Notes: generated by a model from the letters alone, not told the origin. Positions 37,869 through 50,900 are shown, counted from the whole stretch's first letter. The stretch is DNA of 63,716 nt, filler included, from Olpidium bornovanus S191 (GCA_017911155.1; 30 parts of 30 records of this genome joined end to end with filler, not necessarily neighbours in it), one strand, 5' to 3'. Translations and numbers: made by a program.

Positions 37869-38095
37869 GAGACCTCCACGGGGACCTCCACGGGGACCCC
37901 CTCCGCCATGGCACCATGGCGCCACGGGGACCCCTCTACGCCATGGCGCACCGCCGTGGTGCCATGGAAGGAGCCATGGAGGAGGCCATGGGTGAAAAGA
38001 GCCCCTTTACGTTTCCCCTCCGGTTTACTCACAGAGCACAGTGAGCACAATGAGCACCAAACACAACGACAGACAGGCTCCGTTTTCCAACGCTT
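37869..38095 (+). repeat. Dispersed repeat family A, copy 1
   Basis: TTACGTTTCCCCTCCGGTTTACTCACAGAGCACA..GACAGGCTCCGTTTTCCAAC plus CCATGG-rich short repeats, matching the reverse complement of 58315-58600. Confidence 0.85.
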
Positions 38096-38451
38096 TGAGC
38101 GTAACGACGCTATCTGCTCTAGGCCTGTCTTACACGACGGGGAACTGGAAATTTCACAAGGGGAGTACAGGCGGNNNNNNNNNNNNNNNNNNNNNNNNNN
38201 NNNNNNNNNNNNNNNNNNTTAATTAATTAANNNNNNNNNNNNNNNNNNNNNNNNNNNNNNNNNNNNNNNNNNNNGCCGACTGGGGTTCCCGCAGGTGACG
38301 TTGGCGGTAAAGACGCTGAACGCGGCACTTGTCTTGGTTCGACAAGCCATTCATGATCTCGGCGGTCGTCCCTTCCTCCTCCCGCGCGCGCTCGCCCTCC
38401 TCGCCGTCCTCACCGCCACCCGCCGCGCGGCGCGTCCCTAGCGCGCCCGCC

Positions 38452-39790
38452 ATGAGCCGAGCGCACGGCCGTCCTGCGGTACGGCTTGCGACCGTGTCAG
38501 GGTCGACCGTCCGGCTCTGGGACAACCGCGCGGACAGCTTGACCCCTGCCGCGTCGCAGAGCTCCCCCCCTGCCGCCGCGTCAGACTCTCCAGAATCTGG
38601 AGGCAGGGGGTTCGCGGAGCTCGCGTCATTCCCGTTTGTGATACCCCTTGCGCACAAGTCCAAACAGCTCAGCATTAACGCCATATCCTGGAGCCGCGGC
38701 AGTGCGTACGTCTGGGATTGGTTCGTGAGCGTCTTCTTCTCACGTCGTGCGTTCCTTACTGCTTCCGCCGCGAACTGCAGCGCCAGACGAGGAGCTTGCA
38801 GTTTGTGGGCCAGACGGATTCATCGCAATCTTCGACTTGCAAGGCAAATGCGTGGAAGTGGTTCCTTCCGTCAGGCCGACAGCTGCACAGGTACTCATTC
38901 TGGCCAACGCGCAAGCAAACAGCCGAGATCGTGACTGACAAAAATTACCCTTCGACAAGGAAGGCGTTAGGCGAGATACGGAGCGTGAAGTTTACCTCAA
39001 AAAACCGGCAGGTCGTGTTCGGCGGGTCAAAGAAGGTCGTTTGCGTGTGGGACAGGAAGGACAAGAAGGTTTTGGAGGTTCTGAAAGGTTACAGAAGTTG
39101 CGTCAATTGTGTCGCGCTGAACATGGACGAGACATTTATCGCCGGCGCATCTGAGTCGGGGGAGATCAAGGTGCACAACCGCCAGCTGGGCACCTCGCAG
39201 AGTCTGCAATCACCTACCAATCAGGCTGTAAACGCACTGGAGTACTCCTGCCTCCGCAAAGGCCTGCTGGCTGCGGCAGGCGATGACGGCAAGGTTTACC
39301 TTTGGGACACCGCGGTCGGACCGGGCCTCCTCGTAACGTTCTCTGGTTCGCACAGCGCCCCAATCACGGCGGTCGCCTTCAGTCCCCTCAACAAGCATTT
39401 TTTAGCCAGTGCTGGACTCGACAAGCGATTAATAATTTATGATGTTGCTAAGAAATCGTGCGTCACCCAACGGGCTGCATGGGTGCGGGTTCCCCATGTT
39501 TCAAACAACGAGAAAACGTAACCTCGGACCGTTTCTCAGGATGATCAAGCCCATCAAATCCGATGGATTGCTTACCTCGCTAGCCTTCAAAGACGGTATC
39601 ACAATGGCAGTTGGAACAACAGATGGTGAGGGGCATTCTTACAAAAGGTCTTCGGAGTGGACCCCGTGCTGACGCTGCTGTCCGGTTGCATAGGTCGGGT
39701 TCTCTTATATGATTTACGTGCCGGCGGACGAGTCACACTGACCTTTGTGGCACATGACAAGAATCCCGTAAAATGCATGGCATTCCAGGT
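38452..39790 (+). CDS. NEDD1: NEDD1/GCP-WD gamma-tubulin ring complex targeting factor (WD40), partial
   Basis: VRLATVSGSTVRLWD, INAISWS, VVFGGSKKVVCVWD, IAGASESGEIKVH, LEYSCLRKGLLAAAGDDGKVYLWD, FSPLNKHFLASAGLDKRLIIYD, AVGTTDGRVLLYDLR and HDKNPVKCMAFQ, in NEDD1 order. Confidence 0.88.
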
Positions 39791-40208
39791 GGGTTCCGCA
39801 AGTCAATGCGTCCTATTGTAATTTAGCTTCCTAAAGGGCGACACCGACGGATATGTCTGGCGTGAGACGCTGACCGGTTAATGCTTGAAAGCAACNNNNN
39901 NNNNNNNNNNNNNNNNNNNNNNNNNNNNNNNNNNNNNNNTTAATTAATTAANNNNNNNNNNNNNNNNNNNNNNNNNNNNNNNNNNNNNNNNNNNNGCCTT
40001 GCCTCTCCAGCAATGGCATCCAACGCGGACTAAGTGTGAAGCAATTCTATCCAAGCTTGTCTCCCGCCAAATGCAGCCTAAATCCAAAAGCAAAGTGCTC
40101 TTGGTTTGGAGCCATGTTATCAGCCAGCTCTCCTATTTGGCTTGTTGTGTACCGTTGCCTAAACCAGGCGCCATTGCTACCCCTCAGGCGGCAATCGACA
40201 ATTATCTC

Positions 40209-40478
40209 TAGGCGGATAATGCCTCCTACAAAGCAAACGTATTATACATGGCATTTATTTGGCCAAAACAGCAGGAGGGCTAGGAGCAGTTTGCGTGTAC
40301 ATTCAGATAATAGCAGTCCAACCCCAAACCGTCGGCAATTATATGTAGGCGGATAATGCCTCCCACAAAAGCGAATGTATTATCCATGGCATTTATTTAG
40401 CCAAGACAGCAGGAGGGCAAGGAGCGGTTCGCGTGTACGATCAGGTACTAGCACTCTAACTCCAAACCGTCCGAATTG
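40209..40478. repeat. 137-bp tandem duplication (two diverged copies)
   Basis: AGGCGGATAATGCCTCC..CCAAACCGTC starts at about 40210 and again at about 40347. Confidence 0.85.
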
Positions 40479-40982
40479 CAATTACTTCTCCGACTAAAAT
40501 CCGGATCAAGTACGTACATGTCCTCCTCACAGAGTGCTACAAGTTAGGTCGCACAAATGCCGGCACGGTTCGCACCGTGACCATCGTTTGGCCCCCATGA
40601 CGCGAGCGGATCACAAGCCGGCATCCCGTGACCAAAACAGGAGGGATCAACGGTAAAGTGTGAACGTCACAATGATGGAAATCAACGGACAGCGCGGCCA
40701 CCGCGTAACCGACCCCTGGAGACTTACTGGCATGGAAAAGTACAGAATTCTGGCGGGTTGCGGCATATTTTTTTCCCTGGAAATCGAATAGAGCACACCT
40801 GCGTTCGCTGCGACGGACGTTCCGGATGGCGTAGCACGTGTCGACGCGAGCCCTTTCCTTCCCTTTCGCCGCTCGGAGGAAACCAACGAACGAAACGAAC
40901 AAACGTAAACCAAAAAAAAAAAAAAAAAAAAAGAAAAAAACCACGGAATTCCCCCAAAAAAAAGGGCGGAAAAAAGCCGCCC

Positions 40983-41040
<58 letters not shown>

Positions 41041-41374
41041 ACCCCACACACACACACCCCCCCCNNNNNNNNNNNNNNNNNNNNNNNNNNNNNNNNNNNN
41101 NNNNNNNNTTAATTAATTAANNNNNNNNNNNNNNNNNNNNNNNNNNNNNNNNNNNNNNNNNNNNCATGAGGATGAGGAAAACGAATTACATTTTTGGACT
41201 GGATAACTCCCTGAGATTGACGTCTAGTCCCCGCACTATACGACGCCGCTGGCCAAGGCGCTTGTTGGCGAGTGACGGTAACAGCGGCACGGAAAGGCGC
41301 CTTCCCGTTCCGTAGGCATTAAGTTTGGGGCTCGACAGCCCGCCCCGCGGGCGGCCCAGACGACCGATCTCTCG

Positions 41375-43166
41375 TCACGACATCCGCCGGGCGGGCGAGT
41401 CCACGATGAATTCTTCGTCGATTTGGTCAGGGAAATACGGTGTCGGCGGTCCCTTTCTCACCCACCGTTGGAACACTGAGACCAGGAACGCACCCAGAAT
41501 GATCTGCTCGGCATGGTATACTATCAGAGGGATGGAATAAAGGCCGACTAACGGCGAGTTGGCGAACATGGCCGTGATGATTGGGATGCCCAGCGCCAGA
41601 GTCTTTGTCGCGGCGCAATTGACGACGGCGACCTGGCATGGCAAAAACGCATGGCAGAATTATTAACGAAGCAGTTCGACGACGAACGGGCTGGACGCGG
41701 AGGAACTCCTAACGCGAAGTACGAGTGGGTGGGGCGACTTGGCGGAGTTGGATCCCGATCGCTTACCTTGTCTGACCGCGTGAAGCCAAAGATGGGCAAC
41801 CCTGAGATCGCGAAAGACAAGGTAGCAAAGAGGACGAGGATGGCCAGATCTATAAACACGACAGCAATCAGGTCCGCCACCGGCGTCGTCGCGGTGATAT
41901 TCTCGGCGAAGGTGTTACAGAAGACGCTGTAAACCAGCAAGAGGAGTAGCACGCTGGACAGATCCGGAAACGAAACGTGCCGTTTGAGCCAGACCACGAA
42001 GCGAGGAGCGAAGTACTGGACGAGCTGTCCCAGGACCAGTGGGGCGATGACCGTGACGCCCAGGTTGACAAAGACGTCAGAGTAGCTTACGGACGAGGAA
42101 CCTTGCGCTATCCCCCTGGTGTACGCGCCAATCAGCGTGGGGCTAACGAATACGCCAATGATATTGCCTAGAACAGCGTTCATCAATGCCGCGGGCTCAT
42201 TGCCGTAGGCAGACTGCGCGAGAAGAATACTCATAAGACGGACCACATTTCACAGCACCGCATTGTTGACAGAAGGTCCTCGCTTTCAACAGGTTAGTCG
42301 TACCTTCGTCATCAACACGTTCGATGCGACCGTCGTGGGCGTGGAGCAGGCGATGATCAGGCTTGAACGGGACGCCGAGCGTGAGCCGTCACATTTACCG
42401 GGAGGCGCCAGAATGCGAGCATTCGGAGGAATTACCCTTGCGCCAATGCCTCGTTGAAGCCGACTAGGATAAGCAGTTTCCCAAAACCGAATGCTATAAG
42501 CGGGAAGAGCCCCAAACTCAGCCCCTGTATTACTGTGGGGCGAGAAGACCACACGAGTTATTCGCATCAATCGTTTACCTCAGGCTCAACCACATGTCCC
42601 ACTTACTTAGATGCATTTTCCAGAAAAGTAAGGCGTCGGCCAGGACTCTAGTCTGCAGCCCTAGTCCGCTAAAGACAAAGATAACTGCTACTGCAACATA
42701 GTTCACAGAGATTTCTGGTGGAACAAAAACCCCGGTGGGCACATTTGACAATGAGAAAGGAGCAGCAAGCGAGGGTTTAGCAGCGCAGATAATCAACGGC
42801 ACCTGTCCGGAGAATTCCTCTCTTCTTGCCGAGATCCGGGTACGCGGCCGCGAGAAGGACGACCAACGCCACGCCTATGATGAACCAGTGCTTCTTCGCG
42901 CCCGTCAACAGGACACGGAGTATCGCCGGCTGCGCGCCGCCGCCGCCGGCGACGCTGCCGCTGCCGCGGGAGACGAGTTGCTCCAGGGATCCTGCCGGGT
43001 CGCGGGAGCCCGCCTCCGCATGAGCGGTGGCGCTGTCACGATCAGCCTCACGCTCCGTGGAAGCGCAGTGCTCCGCTTTCGGCGGAGCGGCGGGGCTCAC
43101 GGAGCAGGCGCCCGTGGCGTTAGCGGCGACAGGCGACTCTCTCATCCTTCCCAGCAGCCGGGACAC
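41375..43166 (-). CDS. RCH1: Bile acid:sodium symporter family 7 (SLC10A7/Rch1-like), multi-exon
   Basis: KHWFIIGV..AYPDLGKKRG, VAVIFVFSGLGL, CSTPTTVASNVLMTK, GNEPAALMNAVLGNIIGVFVSP, PLVLGQLVQ and CAATKTLALGIPII..IPLIVYHAEQI. The start codon is uncertain. Confidence 0.88.
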
Positions 43167-43361
43167 AGGCCTTTTCGCGCGCTGTTGGTGATTCCGGTCG
43201 ACCTGGGCAGCCTGGCGGGGATCATCATCCCCCTTGCGGCCCTCAAGCGGGGCGGGCCGCTCGTCCTCCCCTCCCCTCCCCTCCGCCCGGCCCCGCCCCG
43301 CGCGACGCCCGCCAACCGACTTCCGCAGGTCGAGAGAGAGCCCTGGGGCAAAACGACAACA

Positions 43362-44326
43362 ATGGGGAAGCGCTCCGTCGCCGCGCTTGACGCCGCCTGC
43401 CCCGAGAAGGGCCCGAGCAAGAAGCGCAAGGCGGACAGTCGCGACGGACGCGCCGGCGCGGCCACCGCGGCCGACGCTGCGCCCAGCTCGCCATCGTCGC
43501 AGCGCCCTGCACGGAAAGGAAACAACGCCGCAAAGAAGCCGAAGGTCCGCGGGAAGCCGGAAGACGGGGAGGTCGTCACCAAAGAGAGCAGCAGCAGCAG
43601 GTCTCCAAGGAAGCGGGAGTTGGTCGCGGAGACGCAGGAACAGCAGACGAACGTAAACGCGGAAGGGGAGGGAGAGGAGAGGGAGAGGGCAGACGAGAGG
43701 GTGTGCGGATCTCGCGCCGACGACGAGACGGCCAAACCTGGAGGGCAGGGCGTGGTTGACGCCTCGAACGGCAACGCACTCCCGAAGAAACCAAAGAAAT
43801 CGAAGGGGAAAAAGTTAAGAGGGGAAGAAATTGTTACGCGGGACAACGAGGCGGAAACTGCAGGTACGTTCGGTGGGTCGGGGGGCAGCAATTATAGGGA
43901 AGCCCCTACTAAAAGATGGCTGGGCGAGTGTAGATCCTTCCTCGAAAGACGTCCCGGCGACGTCTGTGCAATCCCAGACCGCGGCTGCGCTGCTTTATCT
44001 GAGGAAATTCGTTGACGACCGATCGAGCTGGAAGTTCCAGAAACTGAAGCAAGTTTGGCTCTTAAGAAATTGGCACGACCCCACGTGTCTCTCCGACGAG
44101 GACGCGAAGCGGTTCCTTGCCTACATCGAGGGACTCAAAGGCGCACAGCGGGAGGTAGAGAGTTCGAGCTGTTCCTGCCGTTTGGGAATTGGAAAGTGCG
44201 CTTTCTTTTCTTTTTTTCTTTGCTGACGCCCTTTGTGTTGCTTAGCAATTGCTCAGGGAAGCCAAAAAGATATCGCAAGAGGAATTGCCAGAAACAGAAA
44301 TCGTTACTGATGCGCATAACCATGCA
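43362..44326 (+). CDS. WKF-domain nucleolar protein (C7orf50/YCR016W-like), partial
   Basis: Basic low-complexity N-terminus, then AALLYLRKFVDDRSSWKFQKLKQVWLLRNW..FLAYIEGLKGAQR. Confidence 0.9.
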
Positions 44327-45172
44327 NNNNNNNNNNNNNNNNNNNNNNNNNNNNNNNNNNNNNNNNNNNNTTAATTAATTAANNNNNNNNNNNNNNNNNN
44401 NNNNNNNNNNNNNNNNNNNNNNNNNNGAATAGCCTTGAAACGGAGGAATGGAAAGCGTTTGGCGACGGCACATTTCCCGGGCCTGATAAAATGTGGTATC
44501 TACCCTCGAAAAGAGTCATTGGGACCGGGTGGGGGCCGGGGGGGGGGGGAACGACGGACGTGGAACCAAAGGAGATAAAGGAAGACGAGTGCACAATGGG
44601 GGGACCAAGGATGGAGGACGGAGACGGCGGACGGCGGACGGCGGACTGCGGCGGCACTGCGCGGTTCGGAGCGTTGTAGACTTTCTGCGGGTTTTCGGTT
44701 CGTTTTGTGTGGCGCTTGCGTGCCGGATTTACAGGGGAAAGAAAAGCGGGGATGATTCCCGCGGGAGCTACGCTCGACTCTCCTCCTTTTACAGGACCTC
44801 TCTCTGGGATGCTGCGTGTCTGCCTGTCCGCTTTCGTCCGCCCCCGCCTCCGGAAAGTTTCAGCAGCATCTTTGAGCTGCGATGTGTCCTTTCTTATGGC
44901 GCCGACACCCGATGCCGTAGACTAAGCGCTGCTTGGTATCCCAAACCGAGATCGCAATGTTTTCAGCACAGACGAAACGTGTGATGAGCAACAGCGGCAG
45001 TACCAGTCCTGAGTGTCGTCACGTGCCTTACGGCACGATGATGAGTCATTCCGGAATCATCGTCGTCTCGGAGGCACGCGTAATCAAATGCCAACACTCG
45101 CGGGAGGACGGCGTATCGCAAAATACAACTGCGGAGGAAAAAAGCACGCGGTACCGAAAAACCGGGCGAATT

Positions 45173-45457
45173 TGGCCTCCTTGGTGGGGCAGCAAATGAT
45201 GTGGCTGCCTTCACACTCCCGTGTGGCTGAACTCAACGGACACCAGTCTCCTTGGTGGGACAGCAAACGACATGGCTCCCTTCACAGTCCAGTGCAGCTT
45301 TAGCTCAACGGGCGCTCGTCTCCTTGGTGGGGCAGCAAATGACATGGCTTTCTCCTTCCTCCACGCTCCCGTGCAGCTTTAGCTCATCGTGCATGGGTCT
45401 CCTTGGTGGGGCAGCAAACAATGTGGCTCCATTATAGCTCCCGTGCAGCTTAGCGCA
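45173..45457. repeat. About 72-79-bp minisatellite x4 (core CTCCTTGGTGGGGCAGCAAA)
   Basis: Cores at 45177, 45248, 45320 and 45399; the intervening sequences are homologous to each other. Confidence 0.88.
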
Positions 45458-45557
45458 NNNNNNNNNNNNNNNNNNNNNNNNNNNNNNNNNNNNNNNNNNN
45501 NTTAATTAATTAANNNNNNNNNNNNNNNNNNNNNNNNNNNNNNNNNNNNNNNNNNNN

Positions 45558-46823
45558 CATGGGAACCTTTTCGGCGGTTTGAGCTGTCTGCCAGTAACTT
45601 CCGTGCTCCGCCGTCGAGCACGACCAAAGGGACGTTTACGGTGAGAATACCATTTTGAATATGTACTTCCTTCGTAGCATCGCTGCGCGCGGATCAGCGG
45701 GGCGCAAGAGAAATTCCAACAGCCCGTCCATCATTATGCTTGCGTATGTTTCACCTGGAGCGTGGCATCAGTCCGGCGACGATCTCCCGCTGGCGCGCAA
45801 CCCGGGGATCACGGCTGCATACCGGGATGGACTCTCGCGGACACAAAAAACACCTTCTTTTTGGAGGTCGACGAGAAGGCGTGGCACGATCTATTTTGCC
45901 AGTCTACGGGTTACTTTATCGCCTCAGGCGCGCGCGAAATTGATCAGACTCGGCTAAATGCCGCACCTTCTTTCCGCGGATTCGGGGAATAGGCCATCTG
46001 CCTTCACTTGGCATCGTTACGTCACCTTTTCCCGGTTACAGCGGGCTGGCCTCGATAAAGACGCGAAACCAACCCTACCTGGGGCGGGTTCCCTCGCTTC
46101 TTCTATTCCGTAGCAGTCGGTAATGGTGAGGAGATCCACGCGAAGTCCGTCCTTAGATCTCTCCAGCAGCTCTCGATCGTAATAGATGGCAGTTGACGAC
46201 GTCGTATCGCACGTGCGAAGCTTGCAGGACTGGGCCCTCCGCTCCCCCTTTCCCGGCGGCCTTGCCGGGCTGAGACGCGGATGTGATTGCCAGAACGAGT
46301 GGTATACGCCGGGAACACGCCGCACTGGGCACCGATGGAGAGACGCACGTACCTGACAGACCGGGGTCTGCGCCGTCCGCGATCCTGGTGCGAGTCCGGC
46401 CGAACCGCTTGCTGTCTTCGTTCCGTGACCTCCAGTTTAGCGTGAGCGGCGTCCAGTTTGTTCAGCCTGCGCTGCAGGTCGCTGTAGCTGTACGGGTAGC
46501 AGTGCGCCAGGAAAATCTTCGACTCGGGTTCTATAGCCAGAGAAAAAGTGACCTGGAAATTGTCGCCCGAGTATTCAAACTCCGGCGCCTGAGGGATTCT
46601 GATGCCCGGCGCCCCCCGCCAACCGCCGCTTAGCACGTCAGTCTTAGGCGCGGGGGATTTCGGAAACGCGGCGCATCGCGTGGCGACCACGGGCAAAACT
46701 CCTCATGCACCTTCTCCAGCCTTTTTTGCCCACGATGCGGTACACCGGCCTCATACCCCATTGGAAGAGTCGCCGGAGCTTGTTCAGATTCATCAACCGA
46801 AAGGTGACGACCTTAGCTTCACG
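45558..46823 (-). CDS. AGBL5: Cytosolic carboxypeptidase 5 (tubulin deglutamylase, M14D), partial
   Basis: [71 protein letters not shown]|ET and [24 protein letters not shown]|VPM. Confidence 0.9.
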
Positions 46824-46924
46824 ANNNNNNNNNNNNNNNNNNNNNNNNNNNNNNNNNNNNNNNNNNNNTTAATTAATTAANNNNNNNNNNNNNNNNNNNN
46901 NNNNNNNNNNNNNNNNNNNNNNNN

Positions 46925-47046
<122 letters not shown>

Positions 47047-49038
47047 CTCCCCCCCGCCCCCCCCACCCCCCCCCCCCCCTCCCCTCTCCCAAACTCGCTC
47101 TCGTCTCCTCTCTCATCCTCACTCTCATCCTTCTCAACCTCATCCATTCGCCTCCGAACACACCAATGTGCTTATATACATACATAGCAGTCCTTTCCCC
47201 CAAACAAACCCACTTGATTTTGGTTTTTTTTTTTTAAAAAAGGACTAGAACTCCAAATTAGACTAGATCACCCTTTTATCAACTCAAAAATCCCAATCGA
47301 ACAAACCAAATCATCACAATTTTACTTTTGTCCTTTCTTTCACCCGTTCCAAATACACCAACGCATTATTTTACGTTTATCGCTCTTAAAAACACAAATA
47401 ATACCCTGTCCACCTTTTACCGAATAACAAACTGTACAAATCAATTTTTTTTGATCTTGCTTGCGTCAATGATAAATTTGGGGATTGCTAAATCATTGAG
47501 TTCATTTTGGGGTGTCGTGGGTACAGCGGACTTTGCAGATGTGGGTGGGGCGCCAGGGGGTTAAAAATTCCCGTACGAAAAAAATAACCCGGCGGCCCCG
47601 AAGCGGGGAAGGAAGGATGTGCGTGGGGAGGGTGGGGGGCAGAGGGGAGAAGGGGGGAGGTGGGGGGGGGCAACGGGTGCAACGAGTGGGCATTTCGCAG
47701 AAGGGCGGCTGTTCCCAGGGAGCTGCATCGCCGGGATTACGGAAACTGCGGTCGCTTTCGAGGACGGGAAAAGTCAGAATTTCATTCCCCGGTACCCGGT
47801 TCCAGAAAAGATTTTCGGAGCGCAGAAAAACTCGACGTACGCCCCCCTGGAGCATTAGGGGCGACCGGCGGCGGAGCGAAAAGGTCGGGGCCAAAAAAAA
47901 ACCAGGCGGATGTGTCCACGTCGATCAGAGTCGCCGGATTGCGAAACGCATCAAGGAAAGGACGCCAACGCGAGGTAGTGTTATGACGGGTTGGCACGGG
48001 GCACGCGGATAAATATGCGCATGCGGTAGATAAAATCCCAACGCCGTCTCTTGCACAGAGGGGCATAACGCACAAAGGCAAGTTTGCATAAATTTCGGAC
48101 ATCTCTGGTGTGAACAAATAACGAAGACATAAATGGCCATTTATGATTACGAGTTTCCATGGCACAGCTGTTGTTGATCATGGATAGCGCGGAAAGAGGA
48201 GGGGGGAGAAGCATCCGCAGGGCGTGCTAGTTGAGGAATTCTGGCAACGTGTGACAGATCCAGATGATTGGCGCGCACCACCCCCAACGCCCCAATTGTG
48301 CTCCACTTCAGCGCTCGAAAAAACAGCACGCATTTATTCATAACGGAACACCAGATGACGGATACTAATGGAAAAACAACGGTTTAATCGAAGAACAAAT
48401 ACGAATGGTCTATCCGAAGATTCGAATTACGAACGGTCCGAACAAACATGAAACTGATTGTCAGCCAAATAAAAGGTCCAAATGAATGTGAAAACGAACG
48501 GGCCAAGTGAAAATAAAAAAAACACTGTCTACTCGGAAATCTTTAATGGCCTACGTGAACGCGTCAAGACATAAGTCATCGTGGGAGGGACGTTAGCAGA
48601 AAACTGCCCGCAAAAAGAGAGATTTCGACGCATGGCGTTGAAGTTGCCTGATTCAAGCGAGCACCGGCGACGCACCGCTCAGTGTTTTCCCTGCAAACCA
48701 AATAAATGCTCGAAAGACTCAGCCCCGCAGTTTCCGGATAGGGAGCGACAGGCTTTCCGCTACGCTTTTGCGGTTGTACCTGGTCAACGGTTACCGCAAC
48801 CTCGTGCATATCCTCTTCCTTAAAGGGCTCCTGTTCGGTGATCTTTAAAGAACGGTTGCAGAAACCGGGATGAGTCTCGCTGCCAGACGAAGCGAAAAGG
48901 TGTGAAACTAATATTCCCTCTTCCTTTTACCTTTTCAAGGCTGTTTGAAATTTTTTCCGGAACGTTAACCCTACCGCACACGGAGTTACGGTCGCGCTCG
49001 GTCTCCGTCTGCGGGGTAGGGGAGACAATGCGATCACG

Positions 49039-49046
49039 AGAGAGTT

Positions 49047-49088
<42 letters not shown>
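49039..49088. repeat. (GA)n microsatellite
   Basis: Direct reading. Confidence 0.9.
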
Positions 49089-49091
<3 letters not shown>

Positions 49092-49488
49092 CAGCCAACT
49101 GCGCAGCCAATTACGCTTAATTTCGTTTTTGTCGGGAAAGCCGGGATCTTGTCCTGTGCGCTGTGGTTCGTGATTCGACCATCTCGACCTTGGCGGCCCG
49201 CCCGACTTTCAGAGATGGGGCCGATTATGTTGCGTGATAGTGGCATAGCATTCACAAATGCTTTGGTCATGCACAATGTCAACGGGCTCTCCCAGTTTTT
49301 TGATGTGTGGGCGGAATCGCCCGGTGCGTGACACGAAGTTAGGAAAAGATCGGGTGCGTAGACCTGTCCGTAGCCGTGTTGGTCTCACNNNNNNNNNNNN
49401 NNNNNNNNNNNNNNNNNNNNNNNNNNNNNNNNTTAATTAATTAANNNNNNNNNNNNNNNNNNNNNNNNNNNNNNNNNNNNNNNNNNNN

Positions 49489-50756
49489 GGAAGTCTGGGG
49501 AAGGCGCTCTTTCTGTAAAAGCTGCATTAGACGCTTATACTCGGATGGTGATTTCTCCAAGAAATGCGTAAGAGGAAGGGTAACTGTGAGATGGCGGACT
49601 TGCGCCATGTTTGGCGACTGAACAAAGCTCCATACGGGCTGAAGCAATCAGCTCGTGAATGGAACACAACGATTAATTCCGTCTTGCAACAGCTCGGCTT
49701 CCGAGCGACGTCGTACGAACCTTGCTTGTATTTGAATGAACATATCACGGTTCTTCTGACCATTTACGTTGATGATATCCTGCTCGCCGGTCCAGACTTA
49801 CATGTTCTTGAGGACATTGAGCAAAAACTTCAGAAATCGTTCGAGATCACCACCGGCGGTCCTTTGAGCCGCATTCTCGGGATGCGAGTTACGCACGCCC
49901 CCGACGGCATTTACCTTGATCAAGAGCAGTATTCCCTCTGACTTTTGCGCACGATGTGACATGACAACTGTCATCCCGTGTCCACTCCTCTTGACACAGA
50001 CACCATCCGTCGCCTGGTGCCCAGACAAGACCAGTCAACAAATCGGGAGCAACATTGATATCGGGAACTTGTCGGCGCTTTGCTGTACTTGATGGTCAAT
50101 ACGCGTCCAGACCTCTCTACTGCCGTGAATTTTCTGTCCCGGTTTATGGCCAATCCCGGAGACAACCATTGGCAGGCATTGAAGCGAGTCCCGCGTTATC
50201 TCAAGGGCATGCTGAGCCTGGGTCTGCAGTTTTGCAAGTCCATTCCTCTGGACAAACAAATGTTGTCCGCTTTTGCCGACAGCGACTACGCTAACGATGT
50301 CACGGATCGCAAGTCTCTTACCGGATATGCTTTTTTTTTGCTGGAACGCCAATTGTTTGGAAGTCAATGAAGCAATCATGTGTTACACTATCATCAACAG
50401 AGGCTGAGCTCCTAGCTGCCTCCGCGGCCACTCAGGAAATTTTGTGGATCTGGTCGCTTCTCAGCGACATCCTGCGTCAAGACCTCCCTGCGACTATTCT
50501 CTTCGTCGACAACCAAGGGGCAGTGGAATTGGCTACTAGCCATAGGAAGATCAGCTCGCGCTCTAAACATATTGCTGTTCGTCACTTCTTCGTTCGCGAG
50601 CAAGTCGAAGCCGGCATTGTTCGCGTACTTCCGGTCGACACTTCGGCCAACACAGCCGACATCTTTACAAAAGGTTTACCAAAACCTCGCTTTTTGCAAT
50701 GCGTGGCAGAACTTGGTCTGTTTCCTCCTCCCACCGTTCCCCAGCGCGTACCCTAG
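49489..50756 (+). mobile_element. Ty1/copia RT-RNase H with in-frame stops and a frameshift
   Basis: LNKAPYGLKQSAREWN, IYVDDILL, YRELVGALLYLMVNTRPDL, FADSDYAND..RKS, SSTEAELLA and SKHIAVRHFFVRE..ADIFTKGL; TGA stops at 49939, 49957 and 50056. Confidence 0.93.
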
Positions 50757-50779
50757 TTTAGCGATAGACGAGTCCCTCA

Positions 50780-50900
50780 TGTTGGGCATATCGGCGCAGT
50801 TGGAACCCCTCAAAGTTAGAGTATAGTAAACAGGAGTCTCCCCGTCCTTCCCCCTGCCCGCCTCGTCCGCTCCATAACAATAAACAAACGGTTCACAACA
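50780..50900 (+). mobile_element. 121-bp LTR (TGTTG...CAACA)
   Basis: 5-bp terminal inverted repeat, AATAAA at 50879, and the PBS immediately after. Confidence 0.85.

Noticed and set aside
36793-38050. Long overlapping antisense or alternate-frame ORFs over real genes (many in the ORF track)
   Set aside because: Expected in high-GC sequence with few stops; no motifs support them.
44970-45070. GTGATGA..CTGA as a C/D snoRNA, plus a small hairpin
   Set aside because: Box spacing is too short, there is no terminal stem and no recognisable rRNA guide.
45173-45457. Conserved core plus variable linker as a CRISPR-like array
   Set aside because: The linkers are homologous to each other, so this is a minisatellite.
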